Numbered from the stretch's first letter, positions 35,751-47,357 are shown. The stretch: 47,410 bases of DNA from Octopus bimaculoides (GCF_001194135.2 NC_068984.1:4393055-4440464), one strand, 5' to 3'. Notes: generated by a model from the letters alone, not told the origin. Numbers and translations are program-made.

Positions 35751-36794
35751 TCAGCTAGTCCATCAATAACATTGATAACAATTTCATCGCCAATAGAATT
35801 AACAGCAACATTGACATAGAATTGAATGGTACAAACAAGGGGAAGAGAGAAGAAAAGAAAGAAGGAAAAAGAAGAGGAAGAAAAGAAAAGAAAATAAGTA
35901 TCTCGTTTATTGTGTTGATGGAATTTATATTTCAGCCTCAGCAATGTCAGGTTGCCATAGTAACACACTAAGCAGGTCTTATATACAATGTTTAACCAGC
36001 GAGAAACCATTTCCTGTCGTCACAACAACATTGCTTAGTTGCTCCATCGGACATATTGGATTTTGGAGAAGTCAGCAGAATTTTTAGTCAGGAATCTAAA
36101 ACAAACGTAATTGATTCTCTTTTGGCTGTGACCATCACCCACGACTGTCCAGAGGACTCGGTTTCGAATGCTCCATAGGATGGGTAGGAGAAGTCCAATT
36201 TTAGTCATGTTGATAGAGCTACAAAGAATACCGATATGGTGTGTGTGTGTCTGTGTGTGTAGGTATGTATGCATCTGCACACAATGCACATACGCGCGTA
36301 TGTAGACAGACGTGTGTGTGTGTACGTGTGAGTGTGTGTGTGTGTGTACGTGTGTGTGTATGTGTGTGTGTGTACAGTTAAGCCCTTTTGAACCTTACTA
36401 ACTGGCGAGGGTGTCGTTTAGTCGGTTGTCCGAATAAACCGATGGTAGTGATTAATGTTACATGCGTGTATAATATTGGAAATGCATATACACTGTGCAC
36501 TGAACATGAGAAACGGTAACACAATTACAGAAAATAATGTAAGCATCTTAAAGCTAGAAAAGATTATTCGCCAATATAACATGGCAGTCCTGGTTTAGGA
36601 CGAATGTTGCTGTAATTTAATCCCAGGGGACATCGTCTCCAGCTGGCTGTACGACACGATCTGTGGCCTTATATTTTCAAACAATCTTTACTACAAAGTA
36701 CTGTTGCTGAATATCTCACGTTGTGAGATTTAAAAATAGCAATTTTCTATCTTATAGCTACATAAAACAAATATATATTGTATATTGTATACTC

Positions 36795-36991
36795 TTTTAC
36801 TCTGTTTCAATCATTTGACTGCGGCCATGCTGGAGCACCGCCTTTATAGTCGGCAAATTGATCCCAGAGCTTACTCTTTGTAAGCCTAGTACTTATTCTG
36901 TCGGTCGCTTTTGCCGAACCGCTAAGTTACGGGGACGTAAATACACCAGCATCGGTTGTCAAGCGATGCTGGGGGAACAAACAGACACACA

Positions 36992-37074
<83 letters not shown>

Positions 37075-37274
37075 GTTTGTGTGTCTGTGTTTGTCCCCTA
37101 ACATCATTTGACACCCGATGCTGGTGAGTTTACGTCCCCGTCACTTAGCGGTTCGGCAAGAGAGAACCGATAGAATAAGTACTAGGCTTACAAAGAATAA
37201 GTCCTGGGGTCGATTTGCTCGACTAAAGGCGGTGCTCCAGCATGGCCGCAGTCAAATGACTGAAACAAGTAAAA
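36795..37274. mobile_element. Two headless family-B SINE 3' halves back-to-back around a (CA)n tract
   Basis: 36795-36993 is the reverse complement of about 37075-37274; both retain the tail aaggcggtgctccagcatggccgcagtcaaatga.tgaaac. Confidence 0.93.
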
Positions 37275-38184
37275 TAATACATTCCATTTTAAAGAAATTT
37301 CCATTAATATATTCTTAGCCTTCTTTATGTCCCAAGCTATTCGCTTTTTTAACATCATATTCTCTAGAAACACTCACCACGGCGGCTGCAGTTTCTAGAA
37401 TCATATGATTTTACTTTAGACTATTATTACCATGGTTATTAAGCCATGATTTAAAATTCAAGGCTGGTATATTTATATTTGCAGGGTAACGCAAACTGTG
37501 TTATGTCGCAAAAGGTGGTGAGTGTCACAGTGTAGCCTGTAATTCCATACGAAACCTATTAGGATAACGTAAATATTTCTCATAGAGAAAAAAAATATTC
37601 AAATTTAGGCTTGCTTGATCTGACTAATCTTTGATTCTAAGCATGTATAATTAGATTTGAAAACAAATTACTACGCGTTTATATCAGGATACTTCCAAAA
37701 AAAGATTATTATAAAGCATTTTCAATTAACGAAATTTCAGTTAATTTATTCTTTTAAATTGTCATCATAAAAAAATCTAGTGTTTATTATCAGGGAGTGT
37801 GAATATGCATAAGGAAAGTAATTCTTATATAAGTAACAGGTTGAAACTAAGTGAAAAGAAGCATGAAATGAAAGGGATGAATAAATTCGAACAATAGTCG
37901 AATGAACAGGCCCAGTTAGTTTGATTGCAGTGTCGAGTAAAATAAAGGGAAGGAATAGATCTTTCAGAAAGATGTAAAAGTGTATTGCAGTCTGGAAGGA
38001 CATGTAAGTCATATAGACACAGCCTCTTCTTTCATAGCAGAATGATGTGTGCGTGTGTGTGTTCGCGCGCGCGCATTTGTGTGCGCGTCCGTGTGTTTAT
38101 ACATAGAAAATAACGTAGGTTCTGACACAGAAATAGCGTTGATATAACGTGTATACATTGTATATATATATATATGTTGTTTAT

Positions 38185-38320
38185 TTCGTCGTGTTTCTTT
38201 CTGTTGAAGTGTGTAAGCTCGAAACGTAAAAGACTTTCTCACCTTCCGGAGCATCAAACTAATACACTTGCTTGTTGTTTATACACCTGTCTTCGTCTTC
38301 TACTTTTCTGTAAATTTCAA

Positions 38321-38322
<2 letters not shown>
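38185..38322 (+). repeat. PLE-terminus-like repeat with a degenerate hammerhead-like core
   Basis: ctgttgaa gtgt-gtaa-gctc GAAAC gt at 38201-38227; core and stem II are imperfect. Confidence 0.35.
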
Positions 38323-38356
<34 letters not shown>

Positions 38357-38375
38357 NNNNNNNNNNNNNNNNNNN

Positions 38376-38426
<51 letters not shown>

Positions 38427-38516
38427 ATATATACTACATATGTGGAAAATCGGCGTGTTTGTTTGTGGTGTTGTTAGCTAACTATTCATACATCGTTTTA
38501 TTGATTTTGATGAAAC

Positions 38517-38945
38517 TTGACACGTGAGTAGAAATCATGTCTGGAAACCTCGTGACATACTTAGAATGCTGAAAAAAATCGATGATATGGCCCCTGGAAG
38601 GGACCTTTATATATACCTCATATAAATAATTTTTTAAACACCCAAAGGAAATAACCCATAGCAGCCGTACAATATTTTGTAAACACTCAAGGGAAATAAC
38701 CCATTTCATTGTTATGTTCGATTACTTTGAATATTGATTTTTTGTGTGACCAATTTCTAATTTTTGCAGACAATATCACTTTTATACTTTATTTGACACG
38801 TGAGTAGAACTCATGTCTGGAAACCTCGTGACATACTTAGATTGTTGAAACAAATCGATAATAGGGTCCTTCCAATGGATCCTTCTATCTACTACATATT
38901 ACTAATGTTTTATTTAAACAACCCAAGGGAAATAATCCATGCCAT
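38517..38945 (+). repeat. Imperfect tandem duplication, period ~276 bp
   Basis: ttgacacgtgagtagaa(a/c)tcatgtctggaaacctcgtgacatacttaga at 38517 and 38793, with weaker similarity continuing to ...caagggaaataa(c/t)ccat. Confidence 0.85.
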
Positions 38946-39989
38946 CTGTAGATTTTAGCGAAGCGATCAATATTTGATTCTCGCGATCAACCGACCTAAT
39001 TCTTCATTTCATTACTCACAGTTTTGAACTGCTAAACATTATTATTGCACTTCTTTAATTTGAATCTTAAACATTAAAGACTTCATTCATACATTTTTAT
39101 ACATACATACTTTTTTGAATGCCCATTACTCCGATAATTCTGCTTTTTTACAGTTACACATTTTCCATGACAGTAGATAAATCGAATCCNNNNNNNNNNN
39201 NNNNNNNNNNNNNNNNNNNNNNNNNNNNNNNNNNNNNNNNNNNNNNNNNNNNNNNNNNNNNNNNNNNNNNNNNNNNNNNNNNNNNNNNNNNNNNNNNNNN
39301 NNNNNNNNNNNNNNNNNNNNNNNNNNNNNNNNNNNNNNNNNNNNNNNNNNNNNNNNNNNNNNNNNNNNNNNNNNNNNNNNNNNNNNNNNNNNNNNNNNNN
39401 NNNNNNNNNNNNNNNNNNNNNNNNNNNNNNNNNNNNNNNNNNNNNNNNNNNNNNNNNNNNNNNNNNNNNNNNNNNNNNNNNNNNNNNNNNNNNNNNNNNN
39501 NNNNNNNNNNNNNNNNNNNNNNNNNNNNNNNNNNNNNNNNNNNNNNNNNNNNNNNNNNNNNNNNNNNNNNNNNNNNNNNNNNNNNNNNNNNNNNNNNNNN
39601 NNNNNNNNNNNNNNNNNNNNNNNNNNNNNNNNNNNNNNNNNNNNNNNNNNNNNNNNNNNNNNNNNNNNNNNNNNNNNNNNNNNNNNNNNNNNNNNNNNNN
39701 NNNNNNNNNNNNNNNNNNNNNNNNNNNNNNNNNNNNNNNNNGAAGGTGTCTATTCGCAATTTACAACCGAAATGCAACAATCTAAAGTGACGGACGTCTT
39801 AGTGAACACTTAGTGAGCACCAGCATTGCTAGAAATAAGCGTCAAAACAACTCCTAACCACGTGAGAACACTTTTCTAGCGACTAACATATATTATACAT
39901 TATATGTATGTATGTATGTATATATGTATGTATGTATGAATGTATATGATATCAAACCTTACCCTTCACCACTCCCCCCCACTCACAAC

Positions 39990-40439
39990 ACTTGTTTCAG
40001 TCATTAGACTGTGGCCATGCAGGGGCACTGCCTTGAAGAGTTTCTAGTCGAACGAATTGACCCCCAAAACTTGTTGTTGTGAGCCTGGCACTTCTTGTAT
40101 CCGTCTCTCTTTTGTCGAACAGCTAAGTTACGGGACGTAACCGCACTAACACCGGTTATCAAGCAGCGGTGAGGGACAAATACAGACACAAATACATACA
40201 TACACACACATGCACACGTACGCACGCACACACACATATACTTATATACACACACACACATACATACATATATACACATACAACGGGCTTCTTTCAGTTT
40301 CCGTCTACCAAATCCACTCACAAGGTTTTAGTCGGCTCGAGGCTGCAGTAGAAGACCTTTGCCCAAGGTACTACGAAGTGGGACTGAACCCGGAACCATA
40401 TGGTCTAGAAGCAAACATTTTACTACGCAACCACGCCTA
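39990..40439 (-). mobile_element. SINE family B, full length, diverged
   Basis: Tail, 3' half, internal (CA)-type microsatellite and head are all present in reverse complement. Confidence 0.9.
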
Positions 40440-41250
40440 AATCTAAAACAAGTGAAGTGCATTTGAGGGCCCAAGGGGGCGAAAGATGTCAAACCCATTA
40501 CAGGAGTGCGTCTGCTAGGAAAAAATGGTTATACTCCAGAGTAGACGGCCACTATATGTGTATATGTGTTTGTAAGTGAGCGTGTCTCTGTGTGTTTGAA
40601 AGTGTATGTCTATGTATGCGTTTATGTACATACACACATAAACGCATACATAAATATATATTTATGTACATGTATAGCTGTACGTAAATGCATGTATATG
40701 CGTACGTATGCATGTATGTACAGATATGCGCAGACATATGTATGCCTGTATGCATGTGAATTCGTTAGAAAAGCGGAGTTCTTCGCCAACAAAACAGCCT
40801 GACTTATTTACCATAAACTCACGGCTGCACTTTCCCACCTCTCGCTCTAATGATATCTCGGTCGTGTTTATTTCGAAATCTGTTTACTGATTATTAATCC
40901 ATTGTAAACACATTCACTCCGCTAACACTCGACTTTTCTCAGTCCTATCAATATTACATAGAGATTCCCTTTTGCCAAAAACAATATTCCTTTCCATTCA
41001 GTTGGTGTTATTCTTTATTCTTACTTAAAAAAAAAAAAAAAAAACACTATCAAACTGAATGTCGACTGTCCCTATCAACTGTAGGGGACCAACCTCAAAA
41101 CCCTTTTATAGGAACGACTCAACGAGGGTACCTGCCAACGGTTATATGACTTGTTAGAAATAGCAGTCAAATGTTGCTTCAAAATATATAAAATGATGTA
41201 ATTGAGATAAAGAATGGAGTGTCAGGATAGGAAGGCATTTTTTTTTCCAG

Positions 41251-41662
41251 ATGGGGCTGTGTGGTAAGAAATTTACTTCCCAATCACATGATTCCGGGTT
41301 CAATCCTACTGCGTGGCACATTGTGCAGGTGTCTTCTACTATAGCTTCGGGCCGACCAAAGCCTTGTGAGTGGAAACCGGAAGAGACCTGTCGTGTGTGT
41401 GTATATCTTTGTGTCTGTGTTTGTTCCTCACCACCACTTCACAACCGGTGTTCGTGTGTTTACGTCCCCGTAGCAGCGGTTCGGCAAAAAAAAAGCGATG
41501 GAATAAATACCAGGCTTAAAATGAAAATAAGCACTGGGGTCAATTCGTTCGATTAAAATTCTTCCAGCATGGTGCCCCAGCATGGTGCCCCAGCATGGTG
41601 CCCCAGCATGGTGCCCCAGCATGGTGCCCCAGCATGGCCACAGTCTGATGAGTGAAACAAGG
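41251..41662 (+). mobile_element. SINE family B, full length, with a tandem expansion in the tail
   Basis: Head ggctgtgtggtaag...ccgggttcaatcc, 3' half, and the 13-bp unit ccagcatggtgcc repeated 5.7 times at 41564-41637. Confidence 0.9.
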
Positions 41663-41963
41663 AAGATAGAAGAAAAGAACGAATGTTAACTGGAAAGCAC
41701 GCAGGAAAGTGACAGGTTTGGGGTTGCTCTCAAGTAAAATTAAAGACACAGTTTTAGAGCCAATGATTAAAACCGATTCCCCATAGTAGTCCATGGCCTG
41801 AAAGAAGGCAAAATAAGGCTTATTCGAATATTCGAAGGATACAGTCAGGCATAAAATCTTCACACAAAATATCATAAATATTTGATCAATTTCGTTTGAC
41901 AGTAAATGTATTCGGACAGACACAAATACTTAGAGCTGTTTGCCTTCTCAAAATACTCCAGAG

Positions 41964-42153
41964 CACGCCGAGCGAAATGTTTAGCGATATTTTGTATGTC
42001 TTTACGTTCTGAGTTCAAATTCCGCCGAGGTCTACATTGCCTTTCATCCGTTCGGGTTCGATAAATTAAGTACCAGTTGCGTATTGGGGCCGACCTAATC
42101 GACTGGCTCCCTCCGCAAAAATTTCGGGCCATGTGCCTAGAGTAGAAAAGAAT
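41964..42153 (+). mobile_element. 5'-truncated SINE family A, tail A2
   Basis: 11-bp TSD atactccagag at 41953-41963 and 42154-42164. Confidence 0.92.
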
Positions 42154-42315
42154 ATACTCCAGAGTAGTGCTGGGCACGGAAATGATATCCATTCACTGAC
42201 AATGAAACAAATAAACTAATGGACGAAAGAAAGGAATCGAAACTTCCTACCAGTTAGAAATGCCACAACATTCAGCCAGCTGAACCTTTATTAAATGAAA
42301 ACAATAGGGGATCAA

Positions 42316-42540
42316 GGCAGCGAGCTGGCAGAAACGTTAGCACGCCGGGCGAAATGCTTAGCGGTATTTCGTCTGCCGCTACGTTCTGAGTTCAAATTCT
42401 GCCGAGGTCGACTTTGCCTTTCATCCTTTCGGGGTCGAAGTATCAGTTACGCACTGGGGTCGATGTAATCGACTTAATCCGTTTGTATGTCCTTGCTTGT
42501 CCCCTCTGTGTGTAGCCCCTTGTGGGTAGTAAAGAAATAA
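42316..42540 (+). mobile_element. SINE family A, tail A1 (relatively young)
   Basis: Perfect 19-bp TSD gaaaacaataggggatcaa at 42297-42315 and 42541-42559. Confidence 0.95.
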
Positions 42541-42674
42541 GAAAACAATAGGGGATCAAAGGGAGTGGATTTTACAATTTATTTATTAACGCTGTAAATA
42601 ATGAGGAATACGTTAATAATTAGAAATGACCATTTTAATAATAACGTTAATGATGGTGTAGATATTACTAGTGT

Positions 42675-42713
<39 letters not shown>

Positions 42714-43434
42714 GCCCGGCAGTAGAGCTGCCACCAGAAGAAATGCCACCAAGCATTTTCCCGATGCGGTAACAGCGCTACCAACCCGCATTATATATAC
42801 ACTCACACACACATATATATTACCAAATAGTAATATTTATCCCTACTTAAAAGTGGATGTTGTGTTAGAACAGGGGATACTGCCTGCGATAGTTACCACG
42901 AGAGAAACTCTCCATGAACTTTCGGTGCATATAAACACTCTTGTTTACATCACCAGCGGAGAGATAAACGTACTTTAAAGGAGTCTGTGAGCGATGTACA
43001 ATACGAATGAAAGGTCATGTCACTTCTACCCTCAGTGATGTAAGCTTGTTAAACGACGGTGTGTTATGAGCTTGCATACGCACAACAATGGAACAGATGG
43101 GGTTACATAAACATTACATAAAAGTTTCATCTGTTCGAATCGACAATTGAAAGTGTTAAGTTAAATGTCTAGAAACATTTCTTAACGAGGCAAGTGAAAA
43201 TAATCCACAACACAGTAAATAAACCCTTCCAGAAGAATTCAAAAAAATACCGAACGCAGACTAAATACAACATAAACAATCAACAAACAGAAACACTTGA
43301 ATTGTGAAAACAAAAAATATCCGTCTTCAACAACGAAGTAAGAAGAGAAGGCATTGTGAAAAATGATTCTCCTAAAGCTCCGCCTTTCAAAACAATCCTG
43401 CGAAATTCCATCGGGCGATACACGGTAACAACAG

Positions 43435-43949
43435 AGAAGTAGTTAAGGTATTCATTAATGAAAGCTATAGAAACGAAAACGAAGTTTGTCGATATAATAA
43501 CCATATGAACTTGGCAGTCAGGCCAGTGCAGTGGTCGTAAATTTGGGTCTCGGTATCACACACTCAAACACTGAAAAATCCTAGGCTNNNNNNNNNNNNN
43601 NNNNNNNNNNNNNNNNNNNNNNNNNNNNNNNNNNNNNNNNNNNNNNNNNNNNNNNNNNNNNNNNNNNNNNNNNNNNNNNNNNNNNNNNNNNNNNNNNNNN
43701 NNNNNNNNNNNNNNNNNNNNNNNNNNNNNNNNNNNNNNNNNNNNNNNNNNNNNNNNNNNNNNNNNNNNNNNNNNNNNNNNNNNNNNNNNNNNNNNNAGAA
43801 GTAGTTAAGGTATTCATTAATGAAAGCTATAGAAACGAAAACGAAGTTTGTCGATATAATAACCATATGAACTTGGCAGTCAGGCCAGTGCAGTGGTCGT
43901 AAATTTGGGTCTCGGTATCACACACTCAAACACTGAAAAATCCTAGGCT
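43435..43949 (+). other. 153-bp identical direct repeat flanking an N-gap (probable unmerged contig overlap)
   Basis: 43435-43587 is identical to 43797-43949, and each copy abuts the gap. Confidence 0.85.
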
Positions 43950-44869
43950 GGTGCAGCTGGGGTAAATTCTAGTATCCTTAGCCACCCTAATGAGCCAGTG
44001 GGAGAAACTGTGTGTAGAAAAAGGAGCAGTTTAGGGTTAGGAAAGTTCAATGAGGGGAGAACATATGAGTGTGGTGCGGTGACTGAGAAGGACTTAAGGG
44101 TTAAGAGGCCAGTATTTTCTTCATCCAATGCACAAGCCTTTCCTCTCAGAATACACTTGTCATCTAGATGACTATATCGATCCAGTTCATTCCTCCGGAA
44201 ACCTACTTACCACCATTATCTTCTTTGTATTAAGTACATCCAACCCGTGCTTTCATCCGGAGAGATTCTCATGGTTAGTGATGCCTGCTTTTCGTTGTCA
44301 GGGAGTTGAGTTCGAGCTGTGTGGTGGTGGATGTAATGATAATGAGGAAAGAAGAAGGAGGTTCTCATAGGGAGAGATGTTTTTATAGCCCTAGGTCAAT
44401 TGTGGTCATGCTGACCTGTTCCAGTCGTGCAGTCGTGCCCATTCAGTCTTTCAATAGGAAGCCAACACAATATTTTGTAAAGTGGTCTATCTTAGATTGA
44501 AGGGTCTGAAATCGAATGAGATTTGTTTGCTATTTCTTGCAGATCAATCGACCGCTAGGAGTTTCTCCGCAGGCCGAAGCAGTGATGTCGGATGTACCGA
44601 GAATGGAAGTGTGGTGGGGGGTCCGGGCTGAGAGAAGAGTTTTGTGGTTTTGAAATCGTCGCAAATAAAGAAGAGATAGAAGGAATACAGCATCGTGGTT
44701 TCTCAGTGAAGACATGAACAACAACGACAACAACAAAACAATGTTTTGTCGGACGACGACTAAGGTTTATCAAAACTCTTAGAATCGTTCAGAGTTCTGA
44801 CGATTTAAACAGATTTTCCCCCTATACAACAATTTCATTCCTTCTCTACCCCAGAATATTATGTTTAGT

Positions 44870-44903
<34 letters not shown>

Positions 44904-45473
44904 GCATACACACACACATACTCACACAATACAGAAAGCGAAAGTGAGAGAGAGGGAGAAAAGAAGCACATGTTTTAATACTTCTGGGTTATCGACAATT
45001 TAGGGATCGTTTTCACTTTCGGGGTGTGGTATTTATTTAGAAAAGCAGCACCAAAGATCTGCCAGACAACGAAGGGTTACAATTTGGACGAATCAGTACG
45101 GTTTCAGATTCCATAAAAAACATTTTTCTTTTCTTTGTTCTTGTTTAATATCTTAAAGGAGAAGATTAGGGGTGGCTGACACCTCGCTGGACAGGTTGGT
45201 CGATCGAACATTGTCACCAAAAAACTGGAAGAAATCCACCGTCTTCAAAATATTTATTCAAAGAAAATCTATCGAGAAACATCGCGGGCAACAAACAATG
45301 AGATGTAACTGGCAGAATTAGAATTGTTCCTAGCCAATATTTTGAGGGTGTTGATGACGTTCCTTTAAGTTCTGATTTTAAAAACAACCCAGGTTGCAGT
45401 TCCTTTTTCCAGACGGGAAGAAATAATTATCCTTAAAATACTGGGTTGGTTTAATGGAGGCATTGTTCCACAA

Positions 45474-45703
45474 TAGAGGGGAGCTGGCAGAAACATTATC
45501 ACACCGGGCGATATGCTTAGCGCTATTTCGTCTGCCGTTACGTTCTGAATTCAAATTCCACCGAGGTCGACTTTGCCTTTCATCCTTTCAGGGTCGATTA
45601 AATAAGTACCAGTTATGCACTGGGGTCGATGTAATCGACTTAATCCCTTTGTCTGTCCTGTTTGTCCCCTCTATGTTTAGCCCCCTGTGGGTAATAAAGA
45701 CAT
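45474..45703 (+). mobile_element. SINE family A, tail A1
   Basis: Head, central block and A1 tail are all present. Confidence 0.92.
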
Positions 45704-45908
45704 AGTGTTTTGCTCATTTTCCTTCAGCAACAAAAAAGAAAGAATGACTGTATATATGAATATCCGTTTTTACTTTCGGTATAAATTACCTATGTTAACC
45801 CTGGGCATACAAATGCAAGCATATTATGCTCATAGGATACAGGCAATGACAAGGATAAACAAGAGTTTATCAGAAATCAAGTTTAAGTTAAGCAGAAAAT
45901 AGAGAAAT

Positions 45909-46066
45909 TATTGATCAACAACAAATTTCCTACTATCGATTAGTATTTATTAAGTATTCAACTTTATCCCATCTAACAGCCGTTTTTGGAAGCAGAAACG
46001 GCTGTTAGATAAAGTTGAATATTAAAAAATACTGATCAATAGCAGTGAATTTGTTGTTGATCAATA
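45909..46066. repeat. ~158-bp palindrome (TA-flanked MITE-like element or PLE-end foldback)
   Basis: tattgatcaacaacaaatt...tattcaactttatc..taacagccgttt / gaaacggctgttagataaagttgaata...aatttgttgttgatcaata. Confidence 0.88.
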
Positions 46067-46085
46067 TATATATATNNNNNNNNNN

Positions 46086-46125
<40 letters not shown>

Positions 46126-46137
46126 AGTACCTCTACT

Positions 46138-46545
46138 ATTGAATACACCTATCAAAATGATGACTAGTTAGTGGTGAAACAATCCAATCAAAACATCCAT
46201 GAAGTGCAAATATAACGGGCCTAATATTGATATTTGAAACAGAAAAAGCAATAGTGTAGTCGTTGATGACAGATGTTCTGAAGATGTGAACATCTCCAAA
46301 AGTAGCGAGAAGAAAACTATTTACAGACAACTGCTTCAAAACCTGAAGCCCCTGTCCCTTGATTATAAATTCACATTTATGTCAATAATTATCGGAGCAT
46401 TCGGTTCTTTTAGTGGTTAAGTAACAATCTGAAAAAGCTAGAATTTTCATAAATAGAAAGAGACGAGCTGTCATAAATTTTACAACTAAAATCTATAAGA
46501 GGAACAATAAAAATATGCACGCCTTTTCAAAAGTTTAACAATTTT
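46138..46545 (+). mobile_element. 3' end of an RLE-type LINE (R4/Dong-like restriction-like endonuclease), degraded
   Basis: W*NNPIKTSMKCKYNGPNIDI*NRK...VVVDDRCSEDVNI...EKKTIY.QL...L...YKF.FM.IIIGAFG...LQLKSIRGTIKIC fits the RPD..D..CP.D.N..K.EK..Y..PIIIGALG pattern of RLE domains. Confidence 0.7.
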
Positions 46546-46908
46546 GGTGTAGATATCTAAACTCTAGTGATAAGGCTTTCTTTCTTTGTTAGAAACAAGC
46601 GATTTCCTTCTAGAAAGAATTCTAAGAAATACAAAACAATATATACTAACATCCATCCCTAGCCCCACCCAGGGGAGCCAGAACAGATCCGCTAAGTAGA
46701 AAATGTGTAAATATTCCAGAAGCGTAACACGTAGTAAATGTATATATAGCTATAGACGTTTAACCATATGTAGATGTGTGTATATATAGATATAGAGACT
46801 TGTATACAAATGTAGGAGTGTGTATAAAGATGTTTATAGAGATGTTTGCTGGTGCATGTTTATATATATATATATTTCTTTAATATCCGTGTTGATTTAC
46901 ACACACAC

Positions 46909-46984
<76 letters not shown>

Positions 46985-46992
<8 letters not shown>

Positions 46993-47170
46993 TTGCTGAA
47001 AAGTTCCAGGCTTTAGCATTATCAAGAAAGGTTCGACTGGAGACCCAACATTCCGCTGCAATAAATGTCTGAATCTGAAAGGAGATTATGTTGAATAAAA
47101 TCATAATTAACTGATCCTCCAGGATTTCCTTTTTACTCCAAACCAGGAATTTTTCCGCACTCCCTTTGTG
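46985..47170 (+). mobile_element. Non-autonomous mariner derivative (MITE, ~185 bp)
   Basis: Imperfect TIRs cacgaggggttgctgaaaagttccaggctt / aaaccaggaatttttccgcactccctttgtg. The internal NKCLNLKGDYVE* resembles a mariner transposase C-terminus. TIRs differ from those of the 4631 element. Confidence 0.75.
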
Positions 47171-47357
47171 CACATGCACATTTACACGTGTGTGTGTGTG
47201 TGTGTACACTGATACAGGTCAAAGCATGCAGATTCACACATAGGATGGCATTCACGCTGGTACACATGCATATGTATGCACATACATGCGTACGTACATG
47301 TATACATACATGCCTACATGAGTGCTTGCGGATACATGTCGAGATATATCGAAGTAC

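Noticed and set aside
35268-35819. 183-aa ORF with a Thr-rich mucin-like tail
   Set aside because: The openness is explained by (AAC)n and (CTA)n tracts; there is no signal peptide or recognisable domain.
41564-41637. Short tandem direct repeats as a CRISPR-like array
   Set aside because: The 13-bp units are contiguous with no spacers, lie inside a eukaryotic SINE tail, and have no cas genes.
41643-41658. gtCTGATGAgtGAAAC looks like a hammerhead core
   Set aside because: There is no room for stem II; it is a mutated copy of the SINE-B tail (gtcaaatgactgaaac).
43435-43949. 153-bp perfect direct repeats as LTRs or a tandem duplication
   Set aside because: Both copies abut the same N-gap and are identical, the classic signature of an unmerged contig overlap.
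3370-45703. tRNA genes
   Set aside because: A/B-box-like motifs all belong to SINE heads with long 3' bodies and TSDs; no cloverleaf could be built.
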